Source: Escherichia phage mistaenkt. From it: a stretch of DNA of 64,000 bases. The notes below the pieces were generated by a model that saw nothing but the letters and a program-made list of their open reading frames with translations, was not told the origin of the DNA and searched no databases. The stretch lies in sequence record MN850587.1; one strand, given 5' to 3'. Position numbers and translations under genes: made by a program. Below, one piece after another: positions 56,868 to 64,000 of this stretch (position 1 is the stretch's first letter; every line of letters starts with the position of its first letter).

Positions 56868-56888
56868 CGGGGCGAAAGCCCCTTTTTA
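56868..56888 (+). terminator. Intrinsic terminator GGGGC-GAAA-GCCCC plus T5
   Basis: Perfect 5-bp GC stem, GNRA-type loop, T-run. Confidence 0.7.
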
Positions 56889-56906
56889 ATTATTTAAGGA
56901 TAGATA

Positions 56907-57281
56907 ATGAAGGCGAAGAGTGGAAAAGACTTTTACTGCTTCCTACAATCCTATGTACAAACAATTGAAGAAGGCGAGAGATATAATCTTGAAGATGTTA
57001 TCCCAACTCCTTTGACGTGGCACACTAGTAAATGGCCTGAAACGGATATCCAACCAACCACTGCAACCTTCAAATACACCCCTAAAATTGACCTACCAGA
57101 TTCTGAGGGATTACTCTACCCAATGTTTCACATTGTCGGTCTAGGCACTTTCCTCATGGATATTCAGTATGTGATGGGTAAGGGATATAAAATCGAAGGT
57201 GTAGTTCTTGGTGATGTTTCTCCGCAACACAAAGGCTACTTCAGATTAAATGCAAGATTAGAGGCTAATAAAAATGATTAA
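56907..57281 (+). CDS. Hypothetical protein (124 aa), paralogue of the N-terminal part of the next gene
   Basis: Shared blocks with 57274-57906: LTWHTSKWPETDI / LTYSSPWPEADI and FLMDIQYVMGKGYKIEGV / FFMDLQYAIINGKDVDTV. Confidence 0.5.
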   Translation: MKAKSGKDFYCFLQSYVQTIEEGERYNLEDVIPTPLTWHTSKWPETDIQPTTATFKYTPKIDLPDSEGLLYPMFHIVGLGTFLMDIQYVMGKGYKIEGVVLGDVSPQHKGYFRLNARLEANKND

Positions 57282-57906
57282 GGCAAAAACATATCCAGAC
57301 TTCAAAGAGTTCGTTAAAGGTTTTATTGCGAACGTTAAAGCTGGTAAAAGATATGACTTCAGAACATATCAGGAAGCTATTCTCCCACTGACTTACAGTT
57401 CACCTTGGCCTGAAGCAGATATTGCAGAGGTGACCAACTTTGCTTATGAGCCAGCCTATACAGTCCCATTCAGTCCAGAACTTCTATACAGTGTTGGCGC
57501 TCAAATGAGAACTGCTGATTTCTTCATGGATTTGCAGTATGCAATCATCAACGGTAAAGATGTTGACACTGTTTACTGTGAATGGCTTGCAAGAGTTAAA
57601 CCCTTCTCAATGCTTAACGCAAAACTGAAAGATTCTGTAGTTCCTCCAGTAATAACTACACAGCCACAAAACGTTGAAATCACTGAAGGTGAGACTCTTG
57701 AGTTGAGCATCGTGGCTACTGGAGCAACTGGTTACCAGTGGAAGAAAGGTGCTGACAACATCTCTGGAGCAACTTCAGCAACTTACACTAAAGAGAATGC
57801 AACAACTGCTGACGATGCCGGAACATACACTTGCGTAGTTACTGGTGCAGGTGGTTCTGTGACTTCTAACGCAGCTACTGTTGTGGTTAACGAAGTAGGA
57901 GGTTAA
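57274..57906 (+). CDS. Protein with C-terminal Ig-like domain (210 aa)
   Basis: C-terminal PPVITTQPQNVEITEGETLELSIVATGATGYQWKKGADNISGATSATYTKENATTADDAGTYTCVVTGAGGSVTSNAATVVV is a typical Ig-like pattern; N-terminal part paralogous to 56907-57281. Confidence 0.5.
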   Translation: MIKAKTYPDFKEFVKGFIANVKAGKRYDFRTYQEAILPLTYSSPWPEADIAEVTNFAYEPAYTVPFSPELLYSVGAQMRTADFFMDLQYAIINGKDVDTVYCEWLARVKPFSMLNAKLKDSVVPPVITTQPQNVEITEGETLELSIVATGATGYQWKKGADNISGATSATYTKENATTADDAGTYTCVVTGAGGSVTSNAATVVVNEVGG

Positions 57907-57908
57907 TA

Positions 57909-58373
57909 ATGCAACTCTCTGATAAGGGGCTTGCAGCAATTAAGTTCTTTGAAGGGCTTCGTCTAGAAGCCTATAAAGACTCTGCTGGAATCCCAACAAT
58001 CGGGTACGGTACAATCCGTATTGGTGGTAAACCCGTTACGATGGGTATGAAGATTACTGCTTCACAAGCTGAACAGTATCTGCTTGCAGATGTTGAAAGC
58101 TATGTTGGTGCAGTGAACAAAGCTATCAAGGTTCCAACTTCTCAAAATGAGTTTGATGCTCTCGTTGTAGAAACTTACAATATCGGTATCACAGCTATGA
58201 GAGATTCCACTTTCATCAAGCGTCACAATGCTGGTAACAAAGCTGGCTGTGCTGAAGCTATGCAGTGGTGGAATAAGGTAACAATCAATGGTAAGAAAGA
58301 AGTTTCTAAGGGTCTGCAAAACAGACGCCGTTTAGAAGCAAAAATTTATCTTGACGCTGTTTATCCGAAATAG
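57909..58373 (+). CDS. Endolysin, phage lysozyme (glycoside hydrolase family 24-like muramidase)
   Basis: 154 aa; N-terminal LAAIKFFEGLRLEAYKDSAGIPTIGYGT matches the catalytic E...D...T region of GH24 phage lysozymes. Confidence 0.85.
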   Translation: MQLSDKGLAAIKFFEGLRLEAYKDSAGIPTIGYGTIRIGGKPVTMGMKITASQAEQYLLADVESYVGAVNKAIKVPTSQNEFDALVVETYNIGITAMRDSTFIKRHNAGNKAGCAEAMQWWNKVTINGKKEVSKGLQNRRRLEAKIYLDAVYPK

Positions 58374-58381
58374 TAGATTTA

Positions 58382-58406
58382 GAGGCTCCTTCGGGAGCCT
58401 TTTTTA
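58382..58406 (+). terminator. Intrinsic terminator GGCTCC-TTCG-GGAGCC plus T6 after the endolysin gene
   Basis: Perfect 6-bp stem, tetraloop, T-run. Confidence 0.8.
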
Positions 58407-58411
58407 TTTCT

Positions 58412-58822
58412 ATGGAGAAAACTATGAAGATTTGGGCTAGTGATGTTGGAACTTTCAAATACACCCGTAGTGGCATGAAGGTTCGTATCAGTGGAAGCAA
58501 GATTGTAACGTTGGGTGAGAAGGTTTATACAAAGTTTATCATAGAAGTGATTGAACGTTCACCTATCACGATTGCTAACAAGGGTTTCTTTATCAATGAG
58601 GTTTATAATGTTGATGAAAACGGTTTTTTCAGCCCACTTGGTGAGAGCAGCCTCGACATTATTTCAGAACACCCCTTGACAAGAGAGCAACTTTCCGGTT
58701 ACTATAAAAGCCTACTTGAGAAGCAGAAAGCTTTGCATCAGGGTGAGGCTAACTACCACAACAACCAGTGCATCAAGCTTCTGGACAAGATTGAAAAAGC
58801 TGAGAGAGGTTATTATGAATAA
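58412..58822 (+). CDS. Hypothetical protein (136 aa)
   Basis: ORF track only. Confidence 0.45.
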   Translation: MEKTMKIWASDVGTFKYTRSGMKVRISGSKIVTLGEKVYTKFIIEVIERSPITIANKGFFINEVYNVDENGFFSPLGESSLDIISEHPLTREQLSGYYKSLLEKQKALHQGEANYHNNQCIKLLDKIEKAERGYYE

Positions 58823-59210
58823 AGAGATTCCTGTAAAAGTTGACACATCTCGCCACAACACGGTTGACCCCAACAAAGGACTTGTTGATTGTGTGATTTT
58901 CCAGTCTAACGGAAACCTAAGTCTTCGTTTTCTTAAAACTGGAAACACACTGCGTCGTGTTCGTGATGATGAAGATGGTTGCCCTGTATTTGGTTGGTAT
59001 GATGTAGAGTTCCCGTTCTATGCTATCCACTACCCAGATGGTCAGGAGGATTGGACTACCCAATCAATCTTTGATGAACTGAATGGTGTTCCTGTAGAAC
59101 TGGAAGTTGAGAAGGAGCCTGTAGAGCTAACCTTCACTTTTGTCACTGAAGAAAAAGTTGGTGACATTTCTGTTACCGAAGCTATTCAGGTCACACAGGT
59201 AATTCGCTAA
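58815..59210 (+). CDS. Hypothetical protein (131 aa from ATG 58815, MNKEIPVKVD...)
   Basis: ORF track trimmed to the ATG with GAGAGG RBS. Confidence 0.45.
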   Translation: MNKEIPVKVDTSRHNTVDPNKGLVDCVIFQSNGNLSLRFLKTGNTLRRVRDDEDGCPVFGWYDVEFPFYAIHYPDGQEDWTTQSIFDELNGVPVELEVEKEPVELTFTFVTEEKVGDISVTEAIQVTQVIR

Positions 59211-59503
59211 TGAGTCGTTTACAGGTTGTCTTTCCGATTTGTGACTTTGTTCTTGAACGAGAGTTCGACCTGTACGAAGAAATAACCGACGACATGACTT
59301 GGAGTGTCGTTGAAGAGGCTATCAAGAAACTTTATGGTGGCCTCTTAAATCCCGCCAACAAGAAACTCACCACTAAGCAGGTGTCTGAACCGTACACTAC
59401 GTATGATGCCTCAAAGACACCTTTTGAGAACACCTGCTTTGAGTTACTTATTGGTGGTAACAAGGTTAACTATTTCTTCGTCAGGGAATACCGTGATGAC
59501 TAA
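59210..59503 (+). CDS. Hypothetical protein (97 aa)
   Basis: ORF track only. Confidence 0.45.
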   Translation: MSRLQVVFPICDFVLEREFDLYEEITDDMTWSVVEEAIKKLYGGLLNPANKKLTTKQVSEPYTTYDASKTPFENTCFELLIGGNKVNYFFVREYRDD

Positions 59504-59840
59504 GTTACACGTTGTTGTTTACAAGAGCTTTGCGGATATGCAGAATGCTTTGACTTCACAAGTTGATAAGCACCGTTCAAGGCTCTTTATCATGTGTGAT
59601 TTAGGAGATTACCAGCAGCCTAAAGAGTTTAAGTACAAAGATGGTGTCAGAGTCTTACAGTTTGAGGATAGCGTAACAGTTTTCGTCAAGCATGACCTTC
59701 CAGCAAAACACATAGGCATGTTGGAGTACTACATTTACCGCCATACAAATATGCGTGGTGATAACATCAAGATTTCCTCTTTAGAGGTCTTTGAAACTCC
59801 TAACACACAACTTAAAAAATATTTAGTGAGGAAACTATAA
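59496..59840 (+). CDS. Hypothetical protein (114 aa from ATG 59496, MTKLHVVVYK...)
   Basis: ORF track trimmed to ATG overlapping the upstream stop. Confidence 0.4.
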   Translation: MTKLHVVVYKSFADMQNALTSQVDKHRSRLFIMCDLGDYQQPKEFKYKDGVRVLQFEDSVTVFVKHDLPAKHIGMLEYYIYRHTNMRGDNIKISSLEVFETPNTQLKKYLVRKL

Positions 59841-60430
59841 TGTCTGAAGAAGTAAAGCCAGAGAATCAAGAAGAGTTTATGCCACAAGTTACCCTTGTAC
59901 AACACTTTGGTAACATTGAAGGTATTCTTGCAGCATTCCAACCAACTGTTAACTCACCTGCAAAGGTTTGTACAGTGACTATGAACGTTAACAACATCTC
60001 TGCGTGTGTTATTGAAGAAGTTCAGTACTTCAAGTATAACGACAAAGAAGTTGATGCAGCACTTTTGAAGTATCGTGCAACTCTTGACAAGGATATTAAC
60101 CACCGTGACGTAGTTTCACTGTTTGGTGACTTGCATAAGCTGCTTGAAAAGGTTCTGAAACGTACATACTACATGAACAGTGGTGCAATTATCACTACGT
60201 ACATTTCTCCTTGCATTACTGAACCAGTTCTGACAGACGATGCGCAGTTCTATGTGACTGCTGCTTCAAGTCCTGATTGGTGGATGAAAAATAATGCTCT
60301 GAAGACTGTTGTTGAAGCTATCCGTGAGCACATTCCTGGGTTTAGTCCTTGGCGTGGTGCTAAAGATGACTTTATCTCCATGCTTGAGAATGAACGAAAC
60401 AGACGTAGTGCATTGCTGCCTAAAAAATAA
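59840..60430 (+). CDS. Hypothetical protein (196 aa)
   Basis: ORF track only. Confidence 0.5.
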   Translation: MSEEVKPENQEEFMPQVTLVQHFGNIEGILAAFQPTVNSPAKVCTVTMNVNNISACVIEEVQYFKYNDKEVDAALLKYRATLDKDINHRDVVSLFGDLHKLLEKVLKRTYYMNSGAIITTYISPCITEPVLTDDAQFYVTAASSPDWWMKNNALKTVVEAIREHIPGFSPWRGAKDDFISMLENERNRRSALLPKK

Positions 60431-60508
60431 GCTTGACAGCAGTATACAGATTTCTATATGATGGGGCTACTTAAGGGTAGTCCCTTTTTCATATGCGGGG
60501 AAAGTAAA

Positions 60509-60730
60509 ATGAAAAAATTTACAACACTTGGTGAGTACTGGATGCTTGCTGCTACAGAATCCTACAGGAAAGCCAAAAAGACTAAGCAGTGTTACGATAA
60601 GAAAGCTGAAGGTGATATTCTGTACTGCACAGTGCATGATGGAATACCTCATGTTACACCAAGAGGTAAAACTTTCAAACGTCTGATGGATATTGAGTGG
60701 AATGCTCGTTTAGAGAGGGTAGCAAAATGA
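60509..60730 (+). CDS. Hypothetical small protein (73 aa from ATG 60509)
   Basis: ORF track trimmed to MKKFTTLGEYW start. Confidence 0.4.
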   Translation: MKKFTTLGEYWMLAATESYRKAKKTKQCYDKKAEGDILYCTVHDGIPHVTPRGKTFKRLMDIEWNARLERVAK

Positions 60731-61233
60731 TTTACGAAGATAGCCGTGATGTAATTTCTTATCAGAAGTCTCAACACCATGTTTCTATCAAGATTGTCAA
60801 GCCAAATGGTGAAGAGGGTGTAATATCCCACTTCGGAGGTGACAATTGGTTTGGCACAGGGTGCTTTGAAGGTTACAGTAAAGAATACCTGAAAGCATTC
60901 TACCGAGACTTTAGTAATGACTACAATGAACTGATTGAAGTGAAGAACAAGTGTACAGCCAGTGAGTATAAAGTAAGAGGTTGGGCTGGTATGATTCTGA
61001 TGCTTGGCATCTTCCTTCTGATGATTTGTGCAATTTCCTTCATGGGATTCTACAACCAAGATTTAACACTGAATCAGACTGAGAAGAAAATCGGTGAAAT
61101 CTGGTTCTTGTATGTACTTCCAATTGCTGGTATGATTGCTGCCTATTGGAAAATGAAGGTTCATAAGAAACGACTTGTGGACGCTGAGAATAAATTTGAA
61201 GAGGTAAGTAAAGAATGCAACCTAAGATTTTAG
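60727..61233 (+). CDS. Membrane protein (168 aa from ATG 60727)
   Basis: Hydrophobic segments GMILMLGIFLLMICAISFMGF and IWFLYVLPIAGMIAAYW. Confidence 0.45.
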   Translation: MIYEDSRDVISYQKSQHHVSIKIVKPNGEEGVISHFGGDNWFGTGCFEGYSKEYLKAFYRDFSNDYNELIEVKNKCTASEYKVRGWAGMILMLGIFLLMICAISFMGFYNQDLTLNQTEKKIGEIWFLYVLPIAGMIAAYWKMKVHKKRLVDAENKFEEVSKECNLRF

Positions 61234-61307
61234 CTGTATGTATCCGTTATGCAATTGCTGATATGATTAATCAAGCAATCCTGAAAGATGCTTATAAGGA
61301 GTGATAA

Positions 61308-61535
61308 ATGATTAAGACACCTATCCAGCCATTTGGCTTTAGCTCTCTTAACGAACTGAAAGAGCACCTTGACAAGAACTACTACAACGAACAACCTGTA
61401 ACGGTTCTCAAAGCTGACCTTTCAAAACTTCTGGACATTGCTATTGAAGCTACTGTAGAATCAAAACCAGAAGTTGAGAAGAAAGCTGAAAAGAAAACGA
61501 AGAAGACTGAAAAGAAATCTGAGGATTCTGAGTAA
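61308..61535 (+). CDS. Hypothetical small protein with Lys/Glu-rich tail (75 aa)
   Basis: ORF track only. Confidence 0.4.
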   Translation: MIKTPIQPFGFSSLNELKEHLDKNYYNEQPVTVLKADLSKLLDIAIEATVESKPEVEKKAEKKTKKTEKKSEDSE

Positions 61536-61587
61536 AATCTTGAAGGGGTTACTTGATAGCCCCTCTTAACCAAACAAGGTAGCAAAA

Positions 61588-62055
61588 ATGAAACTTAAAG
61601 AAATCGTTCGTAAAGCAATGCTGGACAACTCCACTAAAGATGAGATGTACAAAGAAATCTGTGATAAGCTGAACTGCTCAAGACATGCTGCAAAGGTTCT
61701 TGTCTCAAGTTTTATCTGGGAGTGTTCAGAGGCTTACATGAACTATGTAGCTTTTGAGAGTTCTAACTTGATAGGTGACATAAAGATTGGTACAGAGTTT
61801 AAAGAACCTGAAATGAAACCTTCAGTGAAAGTTGGTAACCTTTACCAGATTAAGGATTTCCAGACTGGACAGATTGTTGCAAAAGGTGAAGTGGAGTCTC
61901 TATACAGTGATGGTACATACCTCATTAAAATTTTTGAGTATGCCAAGTCATATGCTCATCTTTGTGGAATCAGATTCCTTGTGACTAAAGAAGATTTAGT
62001 TATGTCGTCTGGAGATAAAGCTTATTCTATACCACATTATGAAATTGTACGATGA
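61588..62055 (+). CDS. Hypothetical protein (155 aa)
   Basis: ORF track; GGTAGCAAAA upstream. Confidence 0.45.
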   Translation: MKLKEIVRKAMLDNSTKDEMYKEICDKLNCSRHAAKVLVSSFIWECSEAYMNYVAFESSNLIGDIKIGTEFKEPEMKPSVKVGNLYQIKDFQTGQIVAKGEVESLYSDGTYLIKIFEYAKSYAHLCGIRFLVTKEDLVMSSGDKAYSIPHYEIVR

Positions 62056-62735
62056 AGAGTCTTATGGGACACCTTCGCAAGATGAATTGGACGAACTTGA
62101 AAGATACGGTTCTCCTTCGGAAGAAGAGAAGGATTCAATCTGCTGAGTGGTCAAAAGTTACTAAGAAATGTTTTCAGGATTTGATAGATATGGAAAAACA
62201 ATTTGAGTTAGAGAGAAAGTACTTGGTACTGAGTTTGGGAGATATTGATAACTATCTTTCACCGGAATGCAGAGACCAGCTTCAACAAATTGTAATGTCA
62301 CTGAGACATTCAAGAGAGTTTGTAGATGGTAAAGAGCCACTAAAAGGTATCTTTGTTAAGGAGTCTTACCCGTTCTATAAAGATACTTTGCAGAAACTTG
62401 AAATGTACGTTAAACAGCAGAACCGTAAAGAGTTCACTATGGTTTCTCTTGGTGGACAACAAATGCTTGTGATGGAAGATATCAACCCTAAACGAGTTAA
62501 CAGAGGTATCTGTATCAAGGTCACAGGTAAAGAAGAGTTTATTGATGCTACGTACCTGAGCCACATCTTTGAAGGTGGAAGTGCAGTATTGAACCTGAAT
62601 GAGTATCACATCAGTTCACATCCAATTAAGGGTGACCAGATAATGCTTCAGGTAAGAGAACGTCACAATGGGTTCACACACTTCTTCCAGACGACTAAGA
62701 CCTCATTGAGAGCAATGCTCAAAGAAGTGATGTAA
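62052..62735 (+). CDS. Hypothetical protein (227 aa)
   Basis: ORF track; last coding gene before the repeat-rich region. Confidence 0.45.
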   Translation: MKSLMGHLRKMNWTNLKDTVLLRKKRRIQSAEWSKVTKKCFQDLIDMEKQFELERKYLVLSLGDIDNYLSPECRDQLQQIVMSLRHSREFVDGKEPLKGIFVKESYPFYKDTLQKLEMYVKQQNRKEFTMVSLGGQQMLVMEDINPKRVNRGICIKVTGKEEFIDATYLSHIFEGGSAVLNLNEYHISSHPIKGDQIMLQVRERHNGFTHFFQTTKTSLRAMLKEVM

Positions 62736-62743
62736 AACTATAC

Positions 62744-62791
62744 AGCCCCTTTATATGGATTCGATAGAGTCTATCTCATAGGGGCTTTTTA
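62744..62791 (+). terminator. Terminator-like structure AGCCCCT...AGGGGCT plus T5 with nested GATAGAG/CTATC hairpin
   Basis: 7-bp outer stem with long loop and T-run; read directly. Confidence 0.4.
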
Positions 62792-62869
62792 TTGAGTAAA
62801 ATAATTTTTATAAAATTTGGATTCACTCCGTTCATCTTGGGTCACCATATCATGTGATAAAATATCTAC

Positions 62870-63160
62870 CCTTCTTAACATCCTACTTAATCTTACTCTC
62901 TATATAGTTATATAGTACTATATAGTATCTTAGTCCCTTAACAGTGAGTCTCTATAGCTCTCTGTATAACCCTTCTATCTAGCCCTTCAAGAAGGTCTTT
63001 AAATAGCCCTCTAAGCAATCCTCTTCCAAACCTATATAATCACCTTAACCACCTCTTCATATCCCCTTAGAAGCCCCTATACCCATCTTAATCTCTATGT
63101 CAGAGATAGTACCCTCTATAGGGTGTTCACTAGGTTCTACTAATCCTCTATATAGACTGT
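62870..63160. repeat. Cluster of short TATAG-core direct repeats (TATATAGT, CTCTATAG, TCTATAGGGTG) in non-coding DNA
   Basis: Read directly: ctctatatagttatatagtactatatagtatc, gtctctatagctctctgtataac, ccctctatagggtg, ctctatatagactg. Confidence 0.6.
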
Positions 63161-63379
63161 TTTAGCTAACTAAACAGGTATCACCTTCTAAGGCTTATCC
63201 TACAAGGTCTAACACGGTATTAACAAGGTATCTAATAAGCCTGTATTTACCTGTTTTATACAGAATACTATATAGATATTTATGCAATTCTTAAAATTTT
63301 TATAAAATAGAACTGTCAAGTCATTTTTTAGGTGTTATGAAGGAACTCAAAAATATCTGTCTAGGATGTATATCTGCTT

Positions 63380-63575
63380 GGTAGCCCTTAACAGCCCTGT
63401 AACATCCCCTTTGCAAAATCTTAAAATATCATTAACAATTTCTTAACAGATACTACATCCTCTTAACATCTCTTCAGAGTTCTTAACAGTTCCTTAACAG
63501 AACTAACAAGGGTGTAACAAGTTCTTAACAGTTGCTACATAGACTTTACAGAATCTTAACAGATTGCTAACAAGA
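63380..63575. repeat. Array of at least 9 copies of CTTAACA(G) / CTAACAAG direct repeats
   Basis: Read directly: tcttaacaga, tcttaacatc, tcttaacagt, tccttaacag, aactaacaag, gtgtaacaag, ttcttaacag, atcttaacag, tgctaacaag. Confidence 0.7.
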
Positions 63576-63840
63576 GCTAAGTAGTTAAATGTTAAGAGTT
63601 ATTTTGTTAAGATAATTAACAAGCTACTAACAAGTCTTTAAAGCTTTTAACATACTATTAACATGGTCACTATCTCTCTGTCTATAGTTCCCTGTCCTTC
63701 TCAGTGATTCTCTAAACATACCTCTTAAAAGCCCTGTATAGCTCTTTATAGCCCCTTCTAAGGTTCTCACTAGTATCTATAGCCCAACTGACTGTATAGC
63801 TCTTTATATCCCTTTACAGGGGCTTATATAGGGACTCCAA

Positions 63841-63912
63841 AGATTCTAACAAGGTTGTAACATGGTCTTAACAAGAATTTAACAAGGTGCTAACAAGTCT
63901 CTAACAAGCATA
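63841..63912. repeat. Iteron-like array: six TAACAAG-type repeats at about 11-bp spacing
   Basis: Read directly: ctaacaagg ttgtaacatgg tcttaacaag aatttaacaagg tgctaacaag tctctaacaag, roughly one repeat per helical turn. Confidence 0.7.
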
Positions 63913-63963
63913 ACTATGTAGGAGTTGTTAAGAATTTGTTAAGAAAATGTTAAGGGGGCTAGC

Positions 63964-64000
63964 TTTTACGTAACTTTATAGCCCCTTTTACGTAACTTTA
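63964..64000. repeat. Direct repeat TTTACGTAACTTTA x2 at the window edge
   Basis: cttttacgtaactttatagccccttttacgtaacttta read directly. Confidence 0.5.

Noticed and set aside
63100-63135. T7/SP6-like phage RNA polymerase promoter suggested by CCCTCTATAGGGTG
   Set aside because: No single-subunit RNA polymerase gene in the window and the match to the T7-type consensus is short; kept only as part of the TATAG-repeat family.
63380-63912. Possible CRISPR array suggested by the regularly spaced short repeats
   Set aside because: Repeats are only 7-9 bp, spacing is about 11-20 bp and irregular in places, there are no unique 30-40-bp spacers and no cas genes; consistent with iterons or binding arrays, not CRISPR.

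Overview
This window reads as a contiguous piece of a virulent tailed dsDNA phage genome (AT-rich, densely packed, genes in long co-oriented blocks, no integrase or lysogeny module seen). All calls were made by eye from the sequence and the six-frame ORF track; no searches or folding programs were run, so family names rest on recognisable motifs and gene order. Layout: (1) 1-13.5 kb, minus strand: nucleotide metabolism and replication (nrdD N-terminus, glutaredoxin, nrdB, nrdA, a MazG-like/thioredoxin-like protein, GIY-YIG endonuclease, flap endonuclease, SSB-like protein, primase-helicase, dNMP kinase). (2) 13.7-23.6 kb, plus strand: family-A DNA polymerase with an overlapping HNH-AP2 endonuclease, about 20 small early-type ORFs (lipoprotein, secreted protein, HTH regulator), an ATP-dependent ligase candidate, DHFR and thymidylate synthase. 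(3) 23.6-47.3 kb, minus strand: a complete myovirus-type structural module (two tail fibres with His-rich tips, baseplate, tape measure, chaperone pair with a -1 frameshift site, tube, sheath, head proteins, protease/scaffold, portal, large terminase). (4) 47.4-53.6 kb, minus strand: a tRNA island of about 26 tRNA genes whose anticodons cover all 20 amino acids, interspersed with two HNH endonucleases, two protein genes, and several atypical tRNA-like elements. (5) 53.8-55.7 kb: a vWA-domain protein and a small basic protein. (6) 55.9-62.7 kb, plus strand: small ORFs, Ig-like-domain paralogues and a GH24-type endolysin. (7) 62.8-64.0 kb: a non-coding region packed with short direct repeats. 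The candidates for something new are the atypical RNAs in the tRNA island (a 120-nt tRNA-like gene, three Leu-anticodon tRNAs that fold with a short variable region, a Trp-like tRNA with an enlarged D region), the adjacent vWA protein, and the terminal iteron array.
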